64,000 bases of DNA, taken from the sequence record OQ427096.1. The stretch is one strand, 5' to 3'. A model generated the notes under the pieces. That model saw only the letters and a program-made list of their open reading frames with translations, was not told the origin of the DNA and searched no databases. Below are positions 23,417-32,745 of the stretch, piece by piece. The translations under genes and the position numbers were made by a program. Numbering within the stretch: position 1 is the first letter of the stretch; each line of letters begins with the position of its first letter.

Positions 23417-23893
23417 ATGAACAGACACGACGTGAAAGACCAGCTCGAAGACCTGTGGTTCGATGTGCGCCATTGGTTCAAGAACCTCCGCCTGGAAATC
23501 GACACTCGAATCAACCCACGTCAGAAGTGGTTGACGAAAGAAATCGGTCGCCGTTTCGTCGACAAAGACTACATCATCGAGACGACCATCTTCGAAAGCA
23601 TGATCCACTTCTGGGAAGAGGACGATGGAGAAAGGTCGACCCGCTACCAGTTCGAGCACTACGAAGGACCGTGCGGTGGTAAGGCGCTCAAGCCCGAAGA
23701 CCAAGAAGCCTACGTATACCTACGTAAGCTGTACGCTGACCTGGACAAGTGCTACCGTTGGGCTAAGACGCGTAAGGGCTTCTGGGCAGACTGCTACACC
23801 AACTACAAGCCGGAAAACGAGAAAAAACTCGAAGCCGAAGACACGTACTATATGAACGAAATCATCCGTCTCCGTAAGCACATGTGGACCTAA
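23417..23893 (+). CDS. Hypothetical protein
   Basis: ORF with biased codons; TTGAAT-N16-TAGGAT upstream. Confidence 0.8.
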   Translation: MNRHDVKDQLEDLWFDVRHWFKNLRLEIDTRINPRQKWLTKEIGRRFVDKDYIIETTIFESMIHFWEEDDGERSTRYQFEHYEGPCGGKALKPEDQEAYVYLRKLYADLDKCYRWAKTRKGFWADCYTNYKPENEKKLEAEDTYYMNEIIRLRKHMWT

Positions 23894-24217
23894 ATGTACG
23901 GAATCCCTGAAAACTACCGGCGGGTGGCAGAATCTTTCTATCGCCCGCATGGTTGCACCTTAGATTTTTCTCAAAAGGCATTGCTGCAAGCTTTCGAGAA
24001 AGAAACCTACGGCGTTGACCACGACATGTCGAAGAACGGCTGGGCTTTTGGCAAGAAAGCCTTCGACATCACTGTCGCAAGTTGGCGCGAAGATCTTGCA
24101 GAAGGTCTTTTCTGCAAGTATGACTACCTCCGAGACTATGAAGAAGATTCGTTCGAGTATGATTTCATCTGGAACGTGATCAAGAATTTTTCTTCGGCAA
24201 GGCTGTTCACTTACTGA
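23894..24217 (+). CDS. Hypothetical protein
   Basis: Adjacent ORF. Confidence 0.7.
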   Translation: MYGIPENYRRVAESFYRPHGCTLDFSQKALLQAFEKETYGVDHDMSKNGWAFGKKAFDITVASWREDLAEGLFCKYDYLRDYEEDSFEYDFIWNVIKNFSSARLFTY

Positions 24218-24219
24218 TC

Positions 24220-24248
24220 TTGTTCTATCCAGGCATCCTGCATATCAT
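24220..24248 (+). promoter_or_regulatory. Sigma70-type early promoter
   Basis: TTGTTC-N17-TATCAT. Confidence 0.7.
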
Positions 24249-24279
24249 AATTGTGTAGCACTTATACACCTTTGAGGAA

Positions 24280-24549
24280 ATGATAATGAGCAACGAAGTT
24301 TGCGTGAAGTTCCCGGCGCACCTGGTGCAGACCGTCCACGACGGCTACCTGTACGATCGTAATTCGCGCCAGCTGTTCTCGTTCAAGTCTGGCAAGTTGA
24401 AGCCGATCAAGCAGGTCGGTTGCTACCAGGCAAAGAAGTCGTACGGTGAAGATGGCTGGGCTGTCTCCGTCAGCGGTAAGAAGAAGTTCATGGCCAAGAA
24501 GGAGCTCCAGTCTCTGTATCCGACGGAGTATCAGGTTCCGTTTGCATGA
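24280..24549 (+). CDS. Hypothetical protein, paralog of 25413
   Basis: GY....QL.S.K..G.LKP.K..VS..GKK..Y.VP shared. Confidence 0.8.
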   Translation: MIMSNEVCVKFPAHLVQTVHDGYLYDRNSRQLFSFKSGKLKPIKQVGCYQAKKSYGEDGWAVSVSGKKKFMAKKELQSLYPTEYQVPFA

Positions 24550-24836
24550 GCTTCGTTATCCTCTACTGGGCAGGCGTCATCGTCACCGGTGGTGCCTGCA
24601 TTTTCGGACTCTACCAGATTTGGAAGACGAAGACCTACACGCCAATCGGTTTCGAGCATGATGCACCAGCGACGCTGGGTTCTTTCCTTCTCCGGATCTT
24701 CCTGGCAATGCTCGCCACCTTTGTACCAATCATCAATTCCTCACTCGCCATCATGATTGTATTCTTGGCAGCCTACATCGCGATCGCGGAAAAGTTTGGT
24801 GACAGGATTCTCAAAGTCCTCCGGAGACCTCTGTGA
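24546..24836 (+). CDS. Membrane protein (T.G..P..N family)
   Basis: 2-3 hydrophobic helices. Confidence 0.75.
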   Translation: MSFVILYWAGVIVTGGACIFGLYQIWKTKTYTPIGFEHDAPATLGSFLLRIFLAMLATFVPIINSSLAIMIVFLAAYIAIAEKFGDRILKVLRRPL

Positions 24837-25126
24837 TGGCAGCTTTCATCATCTTCATGCTTTTCTATGGCGGTCCTGCCTTGATTGTTGGAATTCCTGG
24901 ATTCCTCAATGTTCGAGCGATGATCAAGGACAAGGTGTTCCAGGACTGGATCGACCATTACGAAAAACGGACAACTCGTGGCGATGTTCTGGGCAGAGCT
25001 TCCCTTCTTGTTCTTTTGACTTTCTTGCCAGTTTTCAACATTGGCTTTGCACTTTTCGTTGTAATAGGATGGCTTCACGCTGCCTGGTACAAATTCTTCG
25101 GTGAATGGTCAAGGACACCTGTATAA
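24833..25126 (+). CDS. Membrane protein (T.G..P..N family)
   Basis: TRGDVL..LPVFN. Confidence 0.75.
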   Translation: MMAAFIIFMLFYGGPALIVGIPGFLNVRAMIKDKVFQDWIDHYEKRTTRGDVLGRASLLVLLTFLPVFNIGFALFVVIGWLHAAWYKFFGEWSRTPV

Positions 25127-25416
25127 TGGAAGCGATTATCTTTCTGATTGTCTACCTCATCTCGATTCCGTTTCCTGCCTATATGGCTTGGAAAGAAGTT
25201 GATGAGGTCCGCACATCAAAGCGAATCAAAGGCATCCATAACTTCTTCTATCGCGATGCCACGCGGTGGGATTTGATCTGGACAGGCATATGGTGTGGCT
25301 TTGTTGCGATGCTGCCACTGGTCAACACTGCGCTCACCATTGGTGGAGCTTTGGTTTGGTTCTTTGAGAAGCTTTGGGCAACCAAATTCATTGCATGGAT
25401 GAAAACTCCGCTATGA
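25126..25416 (+). CDS. Membrane protein (T.G..P..N family)
   Basis: TRWDL..LPLVN. Confidence 0.75.
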   Translation: MEAIIFLIVYLISIPFPAYMAWKEVDEVRTSKRIKGIHNFFYRDATRWDLIWTGIWCGFVAMLPLVNTALTIGGALVWFFEKLWATKFIAWMKTPL

Positions 25417-25694
25417 GCATGAACACAATTCCAACGGAACTGATCGCGGTTCCGAATTACGATGGCTACTTCTGGCATCCGGGCGAAGAGCAGTTGTACT
25501 CGCTCAAGGTGACCGGAACGCTTAAGCCGATGAAGTATCATGGTGCGAGATATGTGCCAAAGCTGTATCGGCAAATTCCTGCATCGTATTCCGTATCGCG
25601 TGCTGGCAAGAAATCAATTCTGACCAAGGAAACGCTGCGGAAAATCACACAACAGAAATACGAGGTGCCTTATGAAAGTCGGAGTCGCATCTGA
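25413..25694 (+). CDS. Hypothetical protein, paralog of 24280
   Basis: IAVPNYDGYFW..LYSLKVTGTLKPMK. Confidence 0.8.
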   Translation: MSMNTIPTELIAVPNYDGYFWHPGEEQLYSLKVTGTLKPMKYHGARYVPKLYRQIPASYSVSRAGKKSILTKETLRKITQQKYEVPYESRSRI

Positions 25695-26448
25695 TCTCCA
25701 TCTAGATTTTGCGGATATGAACCCCGAGTTCTTCCAGTGGCGCGGCGACCTGCTGCTTCTCGCTGGTGACCTCGGTGAGGAAGATTATCTGCGGAAGCAT
25801 GGTGCTGAGTTCTTCGATGGCGTCTCCAAGATGGCGGAGCAGGTCTTCGTCATCTCAGGCAACCACGAGTTTTACGGCTCTGAGCTGGATGTAGCGGAAG
25901 ACCACCTGGACGTCTATCTGGAGCAGTGGAAGAACATCATCCCGCTCCGAAATGAGGTGAAGTCGTTTGGTCACCTTGACGTCTTTGGTGGCACTCTGTG
26001 GACTGATTATCACGGTAGTCCTATCGCGGAAATGGCTGCCTTCATGGGTTTGAATGACTTCAAGCAAATTCGCATCAAGAAGGCAGGTTACCGAAAGATC
26101 ACGCCGCGCGATATCCTGATCGAGCATATGAAGGGAAAGAACAAGCTGCTGGACTTCCTTGAGAAGCCTAGTGGTGGAATCAAGTTGGTGATGACTCATC
26201 ATGCGCCTTCGATGCAGTCTGTGCCGAACCGTTTTCGTGCTGATTACGATTTGAACAAAGCGTATTGCAATCACTTTGATGCGCTGATCGAGTCTTTCCC
26301 TGATCTCAGTTATTGGGTTCACGGTCATACGCACGATTACATCAACTATACTATCGGTCAGACGGAAGTGATCTGCAATCCGCGCGGCTACCCAGCTGAG
26401 CGACCAGCACATCTTCCGCCATATCAACCAAGGGATATTTTGCTATGA
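25672..26448 (+). CDS. Calcineurin-like metallophosphoesterase
   Basis: SDLH, AGD, GNHE, THH, HGHTH. Confidence 0.93.
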   Translation: MKVGVASDLHLDFADMNPEFFQWRGDLLLLAGDLGEEDYLRKHGAEFFDGVSKMAEQVFVISGNHEFYGSELDVAEDHLDVYLEQWKNIIPLRNEVKSFGHLDVFGGTLWTDYHGSPIAEMAAFMGLNDFKQIRIKKAGYRKITPRDILIEHMKGKNKLLDFLEKPSGGIKLVMTHHAPSMQSVPNRFRADYDLNKAYCNHFDALIESFPDLSYWVHGHTHDYINYTIGQTEVICNPRGYPAERPAHLPPYQPRDILL

Positions 26449-26831
26449 ACATTTTTATGGGGTCCTGGTCTGACCGTGAGGATATGATCGCAGATTTCTG
26501 CCACTATGATGGCGAAGGTCGCGAGCGCGTCAAAAACTATCTCGATGACGCACAGATCATCCTTGCATACTACGAAAGCTCTGGGTACGAAGGCGATGCG
26601 TTCGTTCTCTTCCGCAAGTGGGGCAAGTACTACGAAGTAAGCGGCGGTCACTGTTCCTGCTATGGTCTTGAAGGTCAGTTCGAGCCGGAGGAAACTACGC
26701 TTGAAGCAATCGTGCACCGTTTGGAGCATGGTGATCTGGGGCGTGAGTATTCCTGGAACAAATCTGAAAAGGGTGCGAACAAGTTCGCGGATGAACTGGA
26801 AGAAGCAATCATGAGGCTGGAGAAGATCTAA
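26445..26831 (+). CDS. Conserved phage hypothetical protein
   Basis: YEGDAFVLF..YEVSGGHCSCYGLEGQF.PE. Confidence 0.8.
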   Translation: MNIFMGSWSDREDMIADFCHYDGEGRERVKNYLDDAQIILAYYESSGYEGDAFVLFRKWGKYYEVSGGHCSCYGLEGQFEPEETTLEAIVHRLEHGDLGREYSWNKSEKGANKFADELEEAIMRLEKI

Positions 26832-26980
26832 TGAGCATCGTCGAACAATTCGCTCACCTCTGCGTGTGGGCAGGCACGGATAACTACCGTTGGAAGATGA
26901 AGCAGGTCGGCTGGACTGGTTGGTCTGTCGACGGTCTCAAGGAAAAGCCTGCCGCTGAGGAAGGCTACGAGAAGGAGTAA
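26831..26980 (+). CDS. Small hypothetical protein (49 aa)
   Basis: TAATG coupling; fills gap. Confidence 0.55.
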   Translation: MSIVEQFAHLCVWAGTDNYRWKMKQVGWTGWSVDGLKEKPAAEEGYEKE

Positions 26981-26982
26981 CT

Positions 26983-27978
26983 ATGGGCGGCAACGCTTTT
27001 GATAAGGCAGAGCGCCTTACACCGCAGTTCTACAAAGATGTCGTAGACGATATCAAGTGGCTCCTTCGGAACATCATGGGGTATGGCTCCGGCTTCTCTA
27101 TTCCGCATTCTGTGCGGAACAAGGAAAGCTACGGCGACGTCGATGTTCTGGTGGCAAGCTCACAGATGCAAGCTGCACTCAAACAGATGAAGAACGGCTT
27201 CAATGTCGTTGGTGAAATCTCAAATGGTTGCGGCTACAATCTCCTCGTTCACACTGATGGACAGTACGTTCAGATCGATTTGAACAAAACCAAGGATGAG
27301 GACATGGAATTTGCGTTCCATTACTTCTCTTGGAATGACCTGGGAAACCTGATCGGTCGTATCGCGCATCGTCAAGGTCTGAAACATGGTCACGACGGTC
27401 TGTGGTATGTGCATCGCGATGGTGACCATCAGCTGGGTGAGATTCTGCTGACCAAGGACTACGACACTGCGCTGTGTCATCTTGGATTTGACGTCAACGA
27501 TTTCCGTGCAGGCTTTGATTCCTTCGAACAGATGTTTGATTGGGTCGAGCGTTGCAAGTATTTCGAGCCGAGCGCATTCCCTCTTGAGCATCGTAACCAT
27601 CAAGCTCGCGTTCGTGATGCGAAGAGGAAGGTGTACAATCTGTTCCTTGAGCGACTCGCCTTCGATGGAGACTACGTTCCTTCGGACAAGGAAAAGCACC
27701 TCGAGCGCCACAAAGACAAATGGCCCCACCTGAGAAGCGAGATCCTGTTCCTGAATTGTCAGAATGCTGTTCGCAAGGAAGTCAAGGCTAAGCTCAACGG
27801 TAACATCGTTCGCGAGCTGACAGGTCTTGACGGAAAGGAACTAGGCGAGCTAATGCAGATTGTGAAGAGGATGCTGCCTGAGGACAAGGTATACAGCATG
27901 TTCCCAGCTGAGATTGAGGAAGGGGTCATGGATGCTTTTGAACGTTACAAGGTAGAGAAGAATGCGACTAATTCTTGA
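26983..27978 (+). CDS. Nucleotidyltransferase (pol-beta-like, MGGNAF family)
   Basis: SYGDVDVLV, QIDL; family recurrent in large phages. Confidence 0.75.
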   Translation: MGGNAFDKAERLTPQFYKDVVDDIKWLLRNIMGYGSGFSIPHSVRNKESYGDVDVLVASSQMQAALKQMKNGFNVVGEISNGCGYNLLVHTDGQYVQIDLNKTKDEDMEFAFHYFSWNDLGNLIGRIAHRQGLKHGHDGLWYVHRDGDHQLGEILLTKDYDTALCHLGFDVNDFRAGFDSFEQMFDWVERCKYFEPSAFPLEHRNHQARVRDAKRKVYNLFLERLAFDGDYVPSDKEKHLERHKDKWPHLRSEILFLNCQNAVRKEVKAKLNGNIVRELTGLDGKELGELMQIVKRMLPEDKVYSMFPAEIEEGVMDAFERYKVEKNATNS

Positions 27979-28294
27979 TTGGACCAATGGCGAGTATGAT
28001 GACACTCGCACCTGGGTTGAACCGGTAGAGTTTGAATCGAAGGAAGTCTTCTTTGAAAAGCTCGAGGCTAAGAAGATCGAGTACAAGGAAAATCGTGACA
28101 AGCAGATCTCTGTCCGTGAGAAATATGTGCGGAAAGAAATCAGCTATGACGAATACTTCGAGCAACTGGACAAGCTCGACTCTGTGAATATCGTCGATGA
28201 CAAGGGGCGCGAGTTCTTCCTTGGTGATATGATTTACATGGGTCACTGGGATCCAATTACTGTCTACACCGTTGATGAATGGTACGGAGATTGA
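27962..28294 (+). CDS. Hypothetical protein
   Basis: Overlapping start, acidic. Confidence 0.7.
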   Translation: MRLILDWTNGEYDDTRTWVEPVEFESKEVFFEKLEAKKIEYKENRDKQISVREKYVRKEISYDEYFEQLDKLDSVNIVDDKGREFFLGDMIYMGHWDPITVYTVDEWYGD

Positions 28295-28295
28295 T

Positions 28296-28541
28296 ATGAA
28301 AGAGAAGTCGAAGGAAAAGCTGAAATACTACGCTGTGTCTGCAAAGACGGAATCGGGGGATGACTATCTGTTCCTGCTCAAGGCAAAGAATGCTCTGGAT
28401 GTAGCCAACCAGTTCTCGGTGGCTATGGATGAAGAGCTCGGCTACGTCTACTACAACGCTGTCGAAGCCGAAGACCCTGAGGATGCCAAGGCTGCTAAGA
28501 AGGCCATCAATCGTGCAATCGAAAATGCAGAGATTGACTGA
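28296..28541 (+). CDS. Hypothetical protein
   Basis: GGAG RBS. Confidence 0.7.
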   Translation: MKEKSKEKLKYYAVSAKTESGDDYLFLLKAKNALDVANQFSVAMDEELGYVYYNAVEAEDPEDAKAAKKAINRAIENAEID

Positions 28542-28683
28542 GGCACTCAAAGAGTTTGCCTATGATATGCTCTATGGTGTTGGCTGCATCATAGAGCTTC
28601 TAATCGACTGTGCAATTGGTATCTGGGAAGACTGCGTACGCAAAGGGTAAATACTGTGGATACATCACACAGGACATTTTCCA

Positions 28684-29334
28684 ATGCCACTAAGTTTCTT
28701 CCCCGATGCCGTTCCTACCGCGATCGGCTGGGCACATCCACTGACCGGCGAACAGCTGACGGCAGGTGCTATTCCAGCATCTCAGCTTGATGGCGATACC
28801 CCGGTTGATTTCTACAAGCCAAATGCTAAGGCCAAGTCTTTCCTTGACCCAGCTGGTTCAACACGTAACCTGATCAACCATGTTGCTCACGGAAAGCGAG
28901 TTGAGTTTGCAGTTCACTCCCTCGACAAGATTGCCTCAGTGGCATGGACGTTCGGGGGTGCAGCTGTTGCTAGCGTGAACGTTACAGCAGGTGGTTCTGG
29001 CTATACCGGCGCGCCTACCGTAACCTTTGCAGCACCGCCTGCAGGAGGTGTGCGTGCTACCGGTACTGCGGTTCTAACCGGAGCAGCCGTCACTGGTGTT
29101 ACGATCACGAACCCAGGTTCTGGCTACACTGCTGCACCAGCAATTACGTTTGCCGGTGGTGCAGGTACAGGTGCTGCGGCTACCGCTGTTCTTGCTGCCA
29201 ACGCAGCTGTTGCAGGTGGTGCTGTCCAGCAGAAGGTCTTCCCTGCAGGTACGCACAGTGTCAAGGCTGTTGTTTCGTATGTCGGTGGCACTCCAGCCAA
29301 CGTCACGTTGAACACTTCGGTCACCGTAGCCTAA
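28684..29334 (+). CDS. Putative virion structural/decoration protein
   Basis: Two GSGYT.AP.[VI]TF repeats, A/G/T-rich; TAAATA upstream, terminator downstream. Confidence 0.7.
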   Translation: MPLSFFPDAVPTAIGWAHPLTGEQLTAGAIPASQLDGDTPVDFYKPNAKAKSFLDPAGSTRNLINHVAHGKRVEFAVHSLDKIASVAWTFGGAAVASVNVTAGGSGYTGAPTVTFAAPPAGGVRATGTAVLTGAAVTGVTITNPGSGYTAAPAITFAGGAGTGAAATAVLAANAAVAGGAVQQKVFPAGTHSVKAVVSYVGGTPANVTLNTSVTVA

Positions 29335-29341
29335 TAGAAAG

Positions 29342-29378
29342 AACCCGTAGCGGCGAAAGCTTCTACGGGTTTTTCTTT
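29342..29378 (+). terminator. Rho-independent terminator
   Basis: AACCCGTAG..GC-GAAA-GC..CTACGGGTT followed by TTT. Confidence 0.85.
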
Positions 29379-29414
29379 GGTGTTGTTTCGTCATTGATGT
29401 TATATCATATAGTC

Positions 29415-29966
29415 ATGAACACATTCTTTATTTCTGATACGCACTTCACCCACGGAAATCTGATGAAGCATTACCCTAATGGGCGTAATCGTTTCGCAGA
29501 CGTGGATGAACTCGATGAACACATGATCACCGAGTGGAATGCTCGCATTGGTCGAAAGGACCGCGTGTATCACGTTGGTGACTTCGGCGGATGGGACATT
29601 GAAAAGTCCACCAAGGTTCTTCGTCGCCTCAATGGCCAGAAGTTCTTGGTTCCGGGCAACCACGACAAGAAGCACATCAAGGACGAGAAGTTCCGTTCTC
29701 AGTGGTCGATGATCTATCCCTATTCGTATGCTGAGATCAGCTGCGAAGGTCAGCCGATTGTGCTGTGTCACTTCCCGATCTGGGAATGGATGCAGATCCA
29801 TCGAGGCTGGTGGCATATCCATGGGCACGTCCACGGCAAGCCGACTGGTATTCCTGGCAAGATTCTCGACGTTGGAGTCGATGGCCACAACCTGTTACCA
29901 TGGTCGTGGGAAGAAGTAGTTGAACACATGGCAAACCGCCCAACAAGGACACATCATGAGCACTGA
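29415..29966 (+). CDS. Metallophosphoesterase
   Basis: SDTHF, VGDF, GNHD, CHFP, HGHVH. Confidence 0.93.
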   Translation: MNTFFISDTHFTHGNLMKHYPNGRNRFADVDELDEHMITEWNARIGRKDRVYHVGDFGGWDIEKSTKVLRRLNGQKFLVPGNHDKKHIKDEKFRSQWSMIYPYSYAEISCEGQPIVLCHFPIWEWMQIHRGWWHIHGHVHGKPTGIPGKILDVGVDGHNLLPWSWEEVVEHMANRPTRTHHEH

Positions 29967-30408
29967 AATCGAACTGCTGTTTGAAAAGCTTGACCAGATG
30001 GGCATGCGCCTGGGTGGTCTCACTCTGGGTGACAATCCTGAAAATGCTGAGAAGGTAGCTCGCGAACTGCGACTAAGCCTGGAACGTCTTGAGGATGTTG
30101 GTCTCGAAGAAATTACCGACTTCGACTGCACTGGCGAACCGACTCAGGAAAAGATTGATCGTGACCGGCGTGCTCTTGCTCGTATGCAGAAGCGAGCTGA
30201 CGACATCAAGGCCAAGACCCGCGATCTCAAGCGTGAGCTGGGCGAGGACCTGATGAAATATGCTGAAGAAAATCTTCGCCCCTATTCCTATGGCAAGGCA
30301 GGCATTGAAGATGCCGTAGACAAAATCGTCAACACTGCCAACCTCAATGATTACGATTATGAGGACGGCTATAGTGGTTTCTGGCTTCCTTCCAACTTCG
30401 GCTGCTAA
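29956..30408 (+). CDS. Coiled-coil protein, W-x-P-S..C family (6)
   Basis: Ends GFWLPSNFGC*. Confidence 0.75.
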   Translation: MSTEIELLFEKLDQMGMRLGGLTLGDNPENAEKVARELRLSLERLEDVGLEEITDFDCTGEPTQEKIDRDRRALARMQKRADDIKAKTRDLKRELGEDLMKYAEENLRPYSYGKAGIEDAVDKIVNTANLNDYDYEDGYSGFWLPSNFGC

Positions 30409-30419
30409 AGGAGAATCAA

Positions 30420-30641
30420 ATGCCTTACTCGATTCCTATGTATGAAAGTGAACGCGGCTGGGGTGGTAAGATTGATGGCTATGCTGGTCCGTTTCCAACC
30501 TACGAGGAGGCCAAGGATTTCAAGAAGGCCTACAATCGTAAGTACAATAACGAAGCCCGTGCTCCTGACTACTACATCATGGCAATGGATCCGGTAGAAA
30601 CCACACCGACTATGAAGCATGACTACCGATCAACTGTCTGA
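30420..30641 (+). CDS. Conserved phage hypothetical protein
   Basis: ESERGWG..YN...APDYY. Confidence 0.8.
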   Translation: MPYSIPMYESERGWGGKIDGYAGPFPTYEEAKDFKKAYNRKYNNEARAPDYYIMAMDPVETTPTMKHDYRSTV

Positions 30642-30795
30642 GCATGTCGTACTAGACAAAGCTTGGTTCAATCGGTTAGTTGAGTTCATCGGTCCTGGCG
30701 CCCTCACCTACATGGCAAGAAACATGCCTGAGGGCGTCGTTACCGTCCCATTGGATATTGATCTATCGAAAGTTAGATCATAGTCTAAGCAACTG

Positions 30796-30825
30796 TGGAC
30801 ACCGACTTTCTGATTCCTGTATAAT
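30796..30825 (+). promoter_or_regulatory. Sigma70-type promoter for topoisomerase
   Basis: TGGACA-N18-TATAAT with TG extension. Confidence 0.65.
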
Positions 30826-30882
30826 GCTTTGGTAGCACGATTCATTAAAAGAAACTTCAAATAGAAAGAAAAAGTAGAAGGC

Positions 30883-32745
30883 ATGAAAACAATCGAAAAG
30901 CAGTTTAGAAAACTGTCAGAGGTGGAACACGTTCTGCTTCGTCCTGGTCGGTACATCGGGAGCATTACGTCCCACACTTCTGTGGAACATTGTCCGACTT
31001 CGGGAAAGATGGAGCAGCGTGAGCTGACTTTCAATCCTGGCTTCCTCAAGCTGTTCGATGAAGTTGTCTCTAACTCTGTCGATCATTCGAAGCGCCCGGA
31101 AGGCAAGAATCTCGATACCATCAAGGTTGATATCGATCACTCCACCGGTGAGATCTCTATCTACGACAATGGTGGTATTCCTGTCATCAAGCACAAGGAG
31201 TACAATCAGTACGTTCCTGAGATGATCTTCGAGCTTCGTTCGGGTAGCAACTTCAATGATGCTGACGAGTCGATGCTCACTGGTCAGAATGGTGAAGGTG
31301 CTGCACTGACGAATATCTTCTCCAAGAAGTTCACTGTTGAGACTTGTGACGGCAAGTACAAGTTCAAGATGGAGTTCTCGGACAATTCTCAGACTCGCTC
31401 GACACCTGTGGTTCGACCAGGTTCGGGTGGCTTCACAAAGATCACCTATCAGCCTGACTTTGAAAAGCTGGGCATGAAGGGCATTGATGAAGGGAACATT
31501 GCAGTTCTCGTCAATCGTGTCTATGAGATTGCAGCTACGAATTCTCACCTCAAGGTGTATCTCAATGGTAGTCGCATCACGTTGAAGTCCTTCAAGGATT
31601 ACATCGAGATGTTCACACCTGAGTATGCCTATGACGAAAACGAACACTGGAAGATCGGTATTGCCAGTGCTGAGGATGGGTTCGCTCATATCTCGTTCGT
31701 CAATGGCACTCGCACAAAGACTGGTGGTAGCCATATCGACTATGTGGCCAATCAGATTTGTACGGAACTTCGTGCTCATATCAAGAAGAAGCACAAGATC
31801 GACGTCAAGCCTTCGGAGTTGAAGCAGCACTTCCGACTGTTCATTGATGCTCAGATCGTCAATCCTCGCTATTCGTCTCAGACGAAGGAAGACCTGATCA
31901 CTGAGGTGAAGGACTTCAAGACGAGCTGGACCATTGATCAGAAGTTCGTCAACAAGATCATCAAGTCGACGATCATTCAGTCGGTGCTTGATTGGGCAGC
32001 TGCAAAGGCTCATCAAGAAGAGATGCGCGAGCTCCGTAAGCTCAACAAGGCAACGGACAAGGCTAACCTCAAGCATATTGCGAAGTTCAACGATGCGACT
32101 GAAAAGAAGAATCGTCATTTGACTTCGCTGTTCCTGGCTGAGGGTGACTCGGCAGCAGGTCCTCTGCGCGGTGCTCGTAATCCGAAGCTGCATGGAATCT
32201 TTGCTCTGCGTGGTCGACCAATCAATGTGTCGGCAGCACCTCTGGCAAAGGTCAAGGAGAACGATCAGTTCGAGAATGCACGAATTGTCGTTGGGTTGAA
32301 GTACGGCGAAGCTCCGGACTTGAACAATCTAAACTTCGGACGTATCATTGTGGCATCGGACGCTGACCAGTTCGGTCACTCCATTGCTGGTCTGGTAGTA
32401 AACATGTACTACCGACTGTGGCCAGACCTTGTCAAGAAAGGCAAGATCTATCGTCTCGTCACTCCTGTAGTCACTGTTGACTACAAGAAGCAGGATCTCG
32501 AATTCTTCTCGATGGAAGAGTTTGAGGCATGGCGTCTTAAGCATCAGAACGAGAAATACAGCTACAAGTTCTTGAAGGGACTTGGCTCGTCGTCTCCGAA
32601 GCAGTGGAAGAAGTACATGGACAATCTGGATCGTTATCTGGTGCAGTTCACGTTCGACGACTCGGCAAAGGAAACGATGGACCTCTGCTTCTTGAAGGAA
32701 GCTGGTTTCACCGACAAACGTAAGGCATGGTTGGATCTGGAATGA
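30883..32745 (+). CDS. Type II DNA topoisomerase large subunit (gp39+gp60 fused)
   Basis: EHVLLRP..YIG, GQNGEG, EGDSA, DAD, KGLG. Confidence 0.96.
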   Translation: MKTIEKQFRKLSEVEHVLLRPGRYIGSITSHTSVEHCPTSGKMEQRELTFNPGFLKLFDEVVSNSVDHSKRPEGKNLDTIKVDIDHSTGEISIYDNGGIPVIKHKEYNQYVPEMIFELRSGSNFNDADESMLTGQNGEGAALTNIFSKKFTVETCDGKYKFKMEFSDNSQTRSTPVVRPGSGGFTKITYQPDFEKLGMKGIDEGNIAVLVNRVYEIAATNSHLKVYLNGSRITLKSFKDYIEMFTPEYAYDENEHWKIGIASAEDGFAHISFVNGTRTKTGGSHIDYVANQICTELRAHIKKKHKIDVKPSELKQHFRLFIDAQIVNPRYSSQTKEDLITEVKDFKTSWTIDQKFVNKIIKSTIIQSVLDWAAAKAHQEEMRELRKLNKATDKANLKHIAKFNDATEKKNRHLTSLFLAEGDSAAGPLRGARNPKLHGIFALRGRPINVSAAPLAKVKENDQFENARIVVGLKYGEAPDLNNLNFGRIIVASDADQFGHSIAGLVVNMYYRLWPDLVKKGKIYRLVTPVVTVDYKKQDLEFFSMEEFEAWRLKHQNEKYSYKFLKGLGSSSPKQWKKYMDNLDRYLVQFTFDDSAKETMDLCFLKEAGFTDKRKAWLDLE

